The position numbers and the translations under genes are program-made. The notes below the pieces were generated by a model. That model saw only the letters and a program-made list of their open reading frames with translations. It was not told the origin of the DNA and searched no databases. Positions 15,948 through 24,800 of a DNA stretch of 53,726 nucleotides are shown in pieces (within the stretch, counting starts at the first letter, position 1; each line of letters begins with the position of its first letter). The DNA comes from a virus. Lineage: Duplodnaviria; Caudoviricetes. The stretch spans positions 1 through 53,726 of the IMG/VR virus record IMGVR_UViG_3300025645_000097, one strand, 5' to 3'.

Positions 15948-18900
15948 TCACGCTGGGACCTCCCCGCCGTAGTCCTGGCCGTAGCCCTGGCCGTAGCCGA
16001 TCACCACCGCGACCTCGAAGTAGCGGCGCGCGCCGTAGACGGAACGGATGCCGTCCCGCTCAGACAGGAACTCGATGTAGCCGGACCCAGCGGGCGGCAG
16101 GAGCGAGGTGTCGATCGTGTGAGAGGTCCCGGTGAGGCCGGTGATCTCACCGTGTTCGCTGCCGTCGCGGTTGAGGATGCGGAGAACGGTCGTCTGCCCG
16201 GACTCCACGGCGGCGTTGGCGTCGTCCCAGCGCAGCGCGACCTGGTCCTCGGTCGTCCGGTTCCGCGTGTTCCAGGTTGCGACGATCTCGGTCGGGTAAG
16301 GCTCGGTGTCGTAGATCGTGTCCCCGAACCCGTTGCCGTCAACCTGGCAGTTGGAGGGGCGGAACGGCGCGTAGGGCCGCTCGTTGAACGTCGCGGTCAG
16401 CGGGTCCGCGCTGCCCTCGGCCAGGGTGCCAAGCTGGGTCACAGGCAGAAGCAGGTATTCGACCGTCTCGCCTGCGTTCCGCACAGCCGGGTCGAGTTTC
16501 GCGGCGGTCAGGCTGAAACGCCACAAGCGCGTGCCGGAGGGCCAGGCGCGGGGCACGGTGTCCCACATGCCGCGCGCCACGACCCACTCGCCCGTAGCTG
16601 TGTCCAGGGAGTCCAGCATGACCAACTCGGAGTCCGCGTCGGTCACGCCGAGCATGAAAAAGTCGCCAGCGCGTGCGCCTGTGCGAGTGATCCCGTCGAT
16701 CACGTTGCGCGGCAGCCGGGTCTCGGCCTCGGCCACCCAGGGCGTGCCGATCCGCCCGGAGAGAGTGATGTTGACCGCGCCGATCCGCTCCCGGCTGGAG
16801 GAGCCGTTGGCGTTCTGGACGGGCGCATGAACGGCCACGCTGGAGGGCCGGACGCCGTCGTCGTCCGCGAACAGTGCCACGGGCACGCTCGGGTAGTTTG
16901 CATCCCAATCCGACACAGTCTCCCCGGTCAACAGGATCGACGGCAGAGGCACGGTGATCGCAGCCTGGGCTTCCAGCGGCGTCGGGCCGCTGAGACGGTT
17001 CGTCCACTCGGTCCGCTGCGGCGCTGAATACTGCGCGTGTTCGATCGAGAACATATCCTCGGAGACTTCCAGCTTGATCGTCCGGTCCGTTGGCTTGCCG
17101 TAGTCCACCGACATCACGCGGACGATGATCTCGACGATGCCGTCCTCCGGCCAGGAGAACTTGCGGAGATCACCGGGCCGGGCGTCCCACTCGGAGCGGT
17201 TCACCTCGACCTCGCAGGAGAACAGCGGATAGCCCGCCTCGGCCACGTCCCGCTCTGCCACCACTTGCGCGATGTCGGGGTTGCGGAATCCGTGGTAGTC
17301 CCGGGTCTCGGAGATAATGCTGCCCTGGATGGCGATGTTCGCCAAGTTCTGCGCGCTGACCGTGGACGCCTTCTCGGTGTTGGGGTCGGTGTAGCTGACC
17401 ACGATCTCGTTGATCGTCTCGCCCCAAAGGCGGCGCTTCCGGTTCGTCGCAATGCAATTGGTCTCGTCCAGGGTCTTGAGGGACCCCACATCATAGTCAT
17501 CTCGGAGCAACTTGAGCGTCCAAAGCGAGGTGCCGGGATCAAAGTAGAAAAACGCCTGGATGTGATCCAGCACGTCCTGGATGAAATCCTCGATGCTCGA
17601 CTGCTGGAACCAGCCGATCGACATGCCCATACGCTCGTTGTAAAGCACCTCGGCGCAAGCATCGAACGAGGCTGTATCCATGAGGGCAACCGGCGTAGAC
17701 TTGCCCCAATCCCGGTTGACCATGCACTCCCAGATAATGTGCGCCGGGTTGGCGTCCGGGAGCGGGCCGAGGGTCTGGTCGGGCAGACACCAGTGCGCGG
17801 TGTAGCCCTGCCGGAGGACCTGGTAGCCCGCGAACCGGGCGTTGAACGTCCGGCCAACAGCGGGCGTGTAGCCCATGCGGAACTGGACGTACCGGGCGAA
17901 CGCCGGAACCTTGGTCGTCGTCACGTCGATGTCGTTCTCCAGGATGGAGGGGAGCGTAAACGTGGTCTGGTGTGGTTCGTTGACGTAGCCAAAGTCCGTC
18001 GTGGAGTTGGCGTCGTAGTAGTTGACCGGCTCAACGGTGTGGAACTCGATGAACTGGAAAGTCTGAGTGTCCAGGTCGTCGTCGAGCGCCGGGATCGTCT
18101 CCCCAGCCTCGTCCACGACCAGGAGTTGCGCCACTCGGGCGGCCCCGGCGTCGATTTCCTCCTGAGTGAATCCCAGGTCAAAGAGATCGACCACGGTGCC
18201 CAGGAACCACGGCGGGACATCTTGAACCTCCACGCCGCCTCCGTCCACAACACGGAACTCCCCGGTCGGCAGAAGGTATTGCTCCGGCTCCGCGCCTGCC
18301 GTGGGCAGCGGCACACCGATCGCCACGGTGAAGGTGCCCACGGCAGAGACCCGGTAGCTGCTCGGCGCGTCGTAGCTGGCCGCGATCTGCACATACCGCG
18401 CGCCTGGAGGGGCCGTCAGTTGTGCGATCTGGCTCTGCGTGGTGCCCTCGTAGCCGTCACGGGTGTCGTCGTCGAGCGTGATATTCTCAGTCACGGTCAC
18501 GTCCGACGCCTCGCCCGGCAGCGGGGCGATCTCGTCATCGGGAGTCTGGTCCCAGGTCGTCGGGATGGCGTCGTAGAAGCGGACGCTGGTGGTTGCTGTT
18601 CCCGCGCCGCCAGTTTGGGCGTCCCAGGAGCGCAGCACCACGGTCCAGTCTACCGCCATTAGCACGTCCCCGGCGTCGATCTGTTCCTGAGTAGCACCCT
18701 GCTCCAGGAGGTCGATAATCGTGCCCGGGGCCGTCAGGTCTACACCTTGCCCGTTGTCGTCGCGGATCACGCCGAGCGTCTGCGGCTCGGTGTTCGACAC
18801 CTCCTCGGAGACGGACCCGAAGGTCGCGCCAAGCGGCCAGATCGCCCGGTACGGGTCGTCCTCCGCACCCGGCAAGCGGGTCACGTTGGCTTTCATCGTC

Positions 18901-19385
18901 GGCATGTACGGGTTGTTGCTGATCCAGCGCCAACCGATCTGCGCAGTCGGGTATCCCTCCGGCGGGGCCGTGGGCAGGCGCTTCTTGTAGATGTTTTGCG
19001 CGATGCCGTCACCAAGGGCCGCCGCCGTGGCCGCCTCGGACGCGGAGTCCCGAAGGCCCCGGAAAAAGAGATGGCAGAGATTGCGGTAGCCGGGCGTCTG
19101 GCCGACGGTCGAACCGCCCCGCGCCGCCAGTTCCGCCGAGGAATACTGATCCGCCTCGCCGGTATAGACCTCGATCGTGCCGTGGGTTCCGCCCTCCGCG
19201 TCGTCCCCGCCGAACAGTTCGGGCAGGTAAATCTCGTAGTCGGTCCGGCGATCCACGATGTCGCAGAGGATTTGCTTGTCCTTGATCCAGACCTTGTTGA
19301 GGTGGTCGATCGGGCCGTGGCACAGTCCGTAGTCCAGGCTGTAGTGGTAGTCGAATACCGGGCGCGTTCCGCCTTTTTTACCCAT
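15948..19385 (-). CDS. Tail tip / central tail protein (Chi-like)
   Basis: MGKKGG..YHYSLDYGLCHGPID, DANPAHIIWEC, INEIVVSY; position after hub genes. Confidence 0.85.
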   Translation of the reverse strand: MGKKGGTRPVFDYHYSLDYGLCHGPIDHLNKVWIKDKQILCDIVDRRTDYEIYLPELFGGDDAEGGTHGTIEVYTGEADQYSSAELAARGGSTVGQTPGYRNLCHLFFRGLRDSASEAATAAALGDGIAQNIYKKRLPTAPPEGYPTAQIGWRWISNNPYMPTMKANVTRLPGAEDDPYRAIWPLGATFGSVSEEVSNTEPQTLGVIRDDNGQGVDLTAPGTIIDLLEQGATQEQIDAGDVLMAVDWTVVLRSWDAQTGGAGTATTSVRFYDAIPTTWDQTPDDEIAPLPGEASDVTVTENITLDDDTRDGYEGTTQSQIAQLTAPPGARYVQIAASYDAPSSYRVSAVGTFTVAIGVPLPTAGAEPEQYLLPTGEFRVVDGGGVEVQDVPPWFLGTVVDLFDLGFTQEEIDAGAARVAQLLVVDEAGETIPALDDDLDTQTFQFIEFHTVEPVNYYDANSTTDFGYVNEPHQTTFTLPSILENDIDVTTTKVPAFARYVQFRMGYTPAVGRTFNARFAGYQVLRQGYTAHWCLPDQTLGPLPDANPAHIIWECMVNRDWGKSTPVALMDTASFDACAEVLYNERMGMSIGWFQQSSIEDFIQDVLDHIQAFFYFDPGTSLWTLKLLRDDYDVGSLKTLDETNCIATNRKRRLWGETINEIVVSYTDPNTEKASTVSAQNLANIAIQGSIISETRDYHGFRNPDIAQVVAERDVAEAGYPLFSCEVEVNRSEWDARPGDLRKFSWPEDGIVEIIVRVMSVDYGKPTDRTIKLEVSEDMFSIEHAQYSAPQRTEWTNRLSGPTPLEAQAAITVPLPSILLTGETVSDWDANYPSVPVALFADDDGVRPSSVAVHAPVQNANGSSSRERIGAVNITLSGRIGTPWVAEAETRLPRNVIDGITRTGARAGDFFMLGVTDADSELVMLDSLDTATGEWVVARGMWDTVPRAWPSGTRLWRFSLTAAKLDPAVRNAGETVEYLLLPVTQLGTLAEGSADPLTATFNERPYAPFRPSNCQVDGNGFGDTIYDTEPYPTEIVATWNTRNRTTEDQVALRWDDANAAVESGQTTVLRILNRDGSEHGEITGLTGTSHTIDTSLLPPAGSGYIEFLSERDGIRSVYGARRYFEVAVVIGYGQGYGQDYGGEVPA

Positions 19386-19584
19386 TTTTCTCGATCCTCG
19401 CTTTTGCGATGCTGACCGCCCGCTGGACGGAGACATCGTCGATGTTTTCTACGCTCTCCAGGGGCACGCCTTCGCGGACCAACTGGCGGAAATCTACGCC
19501 GTGCAGCTTGCACGCCTCTTTGACGCCTGGGTTGATGCAGAACCCAGCGTCTCGGCAGTCCTGGATGGTCAGGAGCCGGGTCAC
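19378..19584 (-). CDS. Small tail assembly protein (68 aa)
   Basis: GTG start overlapping upstream TGA; TIQDCRDAGFC..GV...HGVDFRQLVREG. Confidence 0.7.
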   Translation of the reverse strand: MTRLLTIQDCRDAGFCINPGVKEACKLHGVDFRQLVREGVPLESVENIDDVSVQRAVSIAKARIEKNG

Positions 19585-19826
19585 TTTTTGCCCCCGGCGC
19601 TGACTTCCCGGGTCAGCATCTCTTTGTCGAACTCCCCGACGAGGTTGCTGGACTCGATCGTCAGTGAGCCAAAGACCACCGTGATCGGCTTGCCGCTCTC
19701 CGCAGTCTGCCGCTCCTGCTCTTTCGCTGCCTCCGGCTTCGCCGTTTTCGGCTTGGGCATGAGCAGATAGCCCGCCACGTTGAGGGCGATGCCGATCAGG
19801 AGTTGGGTGACGAAAGGTATTGGCAC
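19581..19826 (-). CDS. Small tail assembly protein (81 aa)
   Basis: LLMPKPK...TAESGKPITVVFGS. Confidence 0.75.
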   Translation of the reverse strand: MPIPFVTQLLIGIALNVAGYLLMPKPKTAKPEAAKEQERQTAESGKPITVVFGSLTIESSNLVGEFDKEMLTREVSAGGKK

Positions 19827-19835
19827 GGCGCGCTC

Positions 19836-20690
19836 CTATGTGTGGTTGTTCTTGCCGACGGGGTTCATAAGCGGGATCAGGTGATGCCCGCCGTAGTTCG
19901 GCGCGTTGTTGTGGAGGGTCCGACACCCGCTGATCGTGTGCGGGCAGCCCAGGAAAACGTCGATCGCGCTGCCGTTTACGAAGCCGTGGGGCACGGCGTT
20001 GAGGACCACGGTGGTCGAGTCCACGATCCGGTAGATCGTCCGGTACTCGCGCCCCTCGGTGCCTTCCCACTCGACCAGGCCGCCGATGTAGTTGATCGGG
20101 TCGATCGCCCCGTTCCACCCGGGGGCGAAGGTCATCTGGTTCGCGGAGGCCGTGGCGGTCGTGGTGGTCTTTGCGGCCTCTTTGTCGGCACCGCAGCGCG
20201 ACGAGTAGAGCGCCAACGGGCAGGACCATTGGTAGTGGAGCCGCAGCCCGACGCGCTTCATCCCGGCCTGGCTGTTGTCGCAGGACAGATCGGCGTTCGG
20301 GCCATTGCGGCGGCTCTCCAGCACGCGGCCTGTCCAGACCACGGGGAACTGCTCCCCGGCCAGGAACTCCGCCGCGTCGTCCGGGTTGGGGACGTGGCCC
20401 TGGCGCACGACGACGCTGACGACGCGGCCGGGGGGAAAGATGCGAAACAGTTCTGAGATGTCCGAGTAGAGCGGCACCTGGATCGTGATCTCGTCAGACT
20501 CGCCCCTGCCCTTGGTCGTGATCTTGTCCCGGTCGATCGGCGTGGCGGCGTAGACGATCCCGTCGTGCGTGATGTCCTGGTCCGCGTTGGTGTAGGTGTA
20601 GTGCTGCCCGACGACCTCGCCGTAGATGAACTGGAAAAGTTCAACCGGCTGGCCGCGCTGGGTGCTGTTTTCGTATTCGGTGAGTGCCAT
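19836..20690 (-). CDS. Baseplate hub / DUF2163-BR0599 family protein
   Basis: QPVELFQF, SCPLALYSSRCG, GCPHTISGC...NYGG (4-Cys Fe-S-type motif). Confidence 0.85.
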   Translation of the reverse strand: MALTEYENSTQRGQPVELFQFIYGEVVGQHYTYTNADQDITHDGIVYAATPIDRDKITTKGRGESDEITIQVPLYSDISELFRIFPPGRVVSVVVRQGHVPNPDDAAEFLAGEQFPVVWTGRVLESRRNGPNADLSCDNSQAGMKRVGLRLHYQWSCPLALYSSRCGADKEAAKTTTTATASANQMTFAPGWNGAIDPINYIGGLVEWEGTEGREYRTIYRIVDSTTVVLNAVPHGFVNGSAIDVFLGCPHTISGCRTLHNNAPNYGGHHLIPLMNPVGKNNHT

Positions 20691-21880
20691 TATGCCCCCG
20701 CTGGTGCAAAGAGGCTGCGGACCGGCAGCGAGGTTTCGCAGACGGTGTCGGTCAGCCAGCGAACATCGAGAACGTCGCTCTCGAACCGGCAGTTGAGCAG
20801 CCAGAGAATGTTGGTGTCGGGTGTGATGTCCTGATCCCAGGCCGCGCCGAACTCGACGATCGAGTCCGTGGTGCCGGTGATCGCGGTGACGCGGTTCGCC
20901 TGCCAGGTGCCGTCGTCCCAGATGGCGATCATCGCCTGGTAGACCGGGTGCGCGTCGTAGGCGTCCCGGAAATCCGAGCCGTCCACCTGGAAGGTCAAGG
21001 CGCTGCCCGTGGATGTGGCGGACGGCTCAATGTCCCGCGCCCAGATCGGGCACCAGAAAGAGTTCCGACGCCCCCGGTGGCGCATGAAAAAGCTGATAAG
21101 CGTGTCGGCCTTGGTGGCGGTGATCCCGGTAAAATTGTAGCGGGCGCTGAAATGGTCGGCCTGCTCGGGAGCGGACACCAGGTTGCGGCCCATGCCGGGG
21201 TCAAATTCTTCGCGCTCCTGGAGGAACGTGATGCGGGGCCGATCGGACCAGTTGGGGCGGAGCAGCAGAATCTCCTCGCCCTCGAACGTGTCAGCGCCAG
21301 CCGCGCCGTAGGTCTCCTGGCCGGTGCCGGGCACCGCGTCGTAGCGGACGTTGCCGGTCCACACGCCAGTCGTCTCCGCGCTAAACTCGACCTTGTCTGC
21401 CAGGCGGGCGGTGTAGGCCAGGCTCACGCGAGTCCTTGCCGGGTAGTCCACCGAGGTCGTGCCGCTGATCGTCACGGTATCCGAGGCCACGGAGTCCACG
21501 GTGAACAGGTCCTCGTGCGTGCCCGTCGTCACAATGATCTGGCAGCCTGCCACGAGCCAGAGCGGCGTCTCCTCGACCGGGATCGTTGCGGCCCCGGCGG
21601 TGACGGCAGAAGCCGTGTAGGCAGGCAACCAGTCGGCCAGGACCCCGAAAGGCACATCGAGTCCCTTCCGCAGATCGGCAACGTGACGGGCCATCTTGGG
21701 CCGGGTCAACGTGGTCGAGAACTTGAGGGCAACCCGCGCCGACTGGCGTAGGGCCTCCCGGGTCTCTGTGCCGTCCCGCGACGTGAAAACCCGGGTCTTG
21801 AAGGTGTACTCGACCCCGACATCCCGCGCCCAATTGGGGCGGGTCACGGCGATCCGGTCGTTTCTAATCTTCGCGCTCAT
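20690..21880 (-). CDS. Distal tail protein
   Basis: Follows the TMP; PNW...T.V..SRDGTE.R.ALR, RGRRNSFWCP. Confidence 0.75.
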   Translation of the reverse strand: MSAKIRNDRIAVTRPNWARDVGVEYTFKTRVFTSRDGTETREALRQSARVALKFSTTLTRPKMARHVADLRKGLDVPFGVLADWLPAYTASAVTAGAATIPVEETPLWLVAGCQIIVTTGTHEDLFTVDSVASDTVTISGTTSVDYPARTRVSLAYTARLADKVEFSAETTGVWTGNVRYDAVPGTGQETYGAAGADTFEGEEILLLRPNWSDRPRITFLQEREEFDPGMGRNLVSAPEQADHFSARYNFTGITATKADTLISFFMRHRGRRNSFWCPIWARDIEPSATSTGSALTFQVDGSDFRDAYDAHPVYQAMIAIWDDGTWQANRVTAITGTTDSIVEFGAAWDQDITPDTNILWLLNCRFESDVLDVRWLTDTVCETSLPVRSLFAPAGA

Positions 21881-24800
21881 CCGATTGCCGCCTTGATCTG
21901 GGTCTTGTTTCCTCGGATCGTGTTGACCAGGATTTTCTGGCCGGAGGGCGCAGAGAGCGCCGCCGCAAGCACGTCAGCCGGGTCGAAGGTGTTGACGATC
22001 GTGGTGCCGCTGTCCTTGCCGCCGCCCATGCCGCCGCCGTTGAAGCGATGGCGCGGGTCGCTCTCGGTCAGGACCTCCTCGTTCTTCTTGAGGATCGCGC
22101 CGAACTCGTCGGGAGCGAAGCCGACCACGCCCCCGGAGTGATACCGGGTAGCGTTGGCGAAGATCGCCGGGTTGACTGACCGGCCCGAGGGCAAGGTCGA
22201 GGTGCCGACCACGCCGCCGTTGTGGGCGAAGATGCTGTTGATCCCGCCCGCCACGAGACCGCCGACGCCGCCTTGCCCGGAGGCACCGCCGCCGAAGGCG
22301 CTGGAGAGCGCGTTGAAGATCGCCTGGCGGATAATCATGCGGCCAAGTTCGATCAGGATGTCGGCGGCCATTTTCAGGAACTCATCCTTGAACACCTGGA
22401 TCGCGTCCTCGCCCGCAGCAACACGCTGGGAGAAGGAGTCGATGGCCTTGGTGATCCGGTCCGCGAACATGTCGTTGATCTGGCGGCCCGTCGTGACGGC
22501 GGTAGATTCTGTCCGCTTGAGTTCTTCTTGGGTCTGCTGGAGGGCCTGGATCGCTTTCTCCGAACCTTCTCCGCCCATCGCTTCCCAGAAGGCCAAGGCT
22601 TTCTCGATCGCAGACTCAAGCTGCTCCTCGACGCCGTCCAGTTCCTCGGTCAGACCGGCGGCCTCCACGAGGCGGCCTTGCCCTTCGAGTTCGGTGATCT
22701 GCTCGATCAGGAACCGGCGGCGCTCTTGGAGAAGGTTTGCCTTTTCCTCCAGCGCACGCGCTTTCTCCAGCGAGGCTTCGCGGTCCTCGTCGGCCTGGGC
22801 TTGGGCGTACTTGGCCCGGGTGGTTTTCTCGATTGCGGCCCGCTCGGCCTCGGTCAGTTCCAGGCCGACCTTCTTGGCTTCGACCTCGGCCTCCCGGATT
22901 GCTTTCGCCACCTCGGCGTCAATCAGGCGCTTGCCTTCCAGGCTATTCAGGAACTCCTGCTTGCTGATCTCCTCGTCGAGGCCCAGCCGGAACTCTTTCT
23001 GCTTCTCGGCTTTCTTTTCGGCGGCCTCGGCGGCCTCCTCCTCTGCGTCCACGGCCTCCTCGATGCGGTTCTCGACGCCCGCCGTGGAGCGGAAAAGCGC
23101 GGCTTCCTTGTTCCGGCGGTTCCGGTTGGTCCCGCTGTTGTCCCCACCGAGGCCCTTGATCGCCTGGGCGATGTCATCGGCGGTCCCCGAGCGAACGGCT
23201 TCCACGATCCGGTCAGGGATTTCGCCGTAGTTGTAAGCGATCGAGGTCAGCGCGGCCTGCTGCTGGGCATTGAATGAATCGAAGCGATCGCCACCGGCAG
23301 CTTGGCGAGCCAGCGGCATGAACTCGTCTCTAAGGCGGCGCGTGAGATCGCGCACGGCGTCTGCCTCGGTGAACCGCGTGTCTGCTGTTACCTGCTGGAA
23401 TGTGCCGTCGGGGTTCGTGAAGGTGTCGGTGCCGAAGCCTCCGCGAAGCGCGTTTACGTCCCATTTCGGGACGGTCAGGAAACCCTCGAACTCGCGGATC
23501 ACCGAAGCGGCAACCTTCGCGCCGTCGGTGCCGTCAAAGCCGGAAACGGCCTCGTCGTTCAAGGAGTCGTATGCGCGGTTGCGCAGGTCAACCGCCTGGC
23601 CGATCGCGGCGGCGCGCTTGGCGGCGTCGGTGAAGGCGTCCGCCGCTTCCATCGCCGTCTTGAAATTCGCCTCGATCTCACGGATCGCGTCGAACTCCTC
23701 CAGTTTCTCGTTCACGCTGGGGATCAACTCCCCGAGTTCGCGCATGGCCCCCTCGAAGGCTTTCATCTGTTTCCGCGCGGCGTCGGTGCCCCCCTCTAGG
23801 TCGTCGGTCGCGTCTTTCAGACCTGCCAGGGCCTCTTGCGCCTCGGTGGCCGTGCCGTTGATGACCGCCAGTTCCGCTTCCAGCTTCTCCGCCGCCGTCT
23901 CGGCTTCCGCCAGTTGGTCGATCCAGTCGATGAAATCGTCCAAGCCGGTGATCTCGGAGACCTCGGAGAAGCGGGCGGACAGGTCCTCAATACCTTCCCG
24001 GAGATCGCGTGCGCTGATCTCTCCGCGATCGAACTGAGCAGTCAGGCGGCGCATGTAGAGGAACGCCTTTTCGTCCTTCACAGTCTCGGAGATCGCCCGG
24101 TTGAGGGCTTCCACCTCTTTGATGACCCCTGAGATTCCGTCCCGGTTGCCCTCGGTCTGGGCCTGGATACCTTCGCGGACGTTTTTCAGATCGAGTTGAA
24201 GGTCTAGTTCGCTGATCTCGTCCAGCCGACGCCGGAACCCTTCCGCGTCTCCGCCTGCGTCCCGGAACGCCTTGGCAACCTGGCCGATGGAATCCTCGGC
24301 GTCCTCCATCGTGCGGTCGAGGTTCTGCATCCCCTCGTCCACCGCGCCGATGGCGTCAAAAGCAAAGTAGGTCAGGACCGCCGCAGCGATACCCACGATC
24401 CCGCCGATCGAGGCGAAAGCCGCCCGGAATGTGACGAGCAGGGTCGCGGTGATGGCTCGGAGACCGCGCAGACCCGCGCCGAGCGCCGTGGTGGAGCGCA
24501 GTGCCGCCGCAGCGGAGGGCGAGAAGGACGCAACGGCTCGGTTGAGAGCCACTTGGACCCGCAGGTTGCCGACTGTCTGAGCGCCCAGCCCAGCCATGCT
24601 CCCAGCAATGCCCGAGACCACTTGCCCGACCTTGAAGCCGACAAAGACCTGGAACAGGCCGATCAGGAGGTCGATGTTGTCGATGACGCCCGGGAGCAGT
24701 TCAAACAGTTGCCCGAAGGCCGCGCCAATGCGCTCGAAGTATTCGACCCCGTCGTCGCTCTCCAGGAAGGCGTTGAGCGCGTCGATCGCCGTTTCCAGGC

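Noticed and set aside
13110-19385. Diversity-generating retroelement or invertible tail-fibre cassette
   Set aside because: No reverse transcriptase, template/variable repeat pair or invertase seen.
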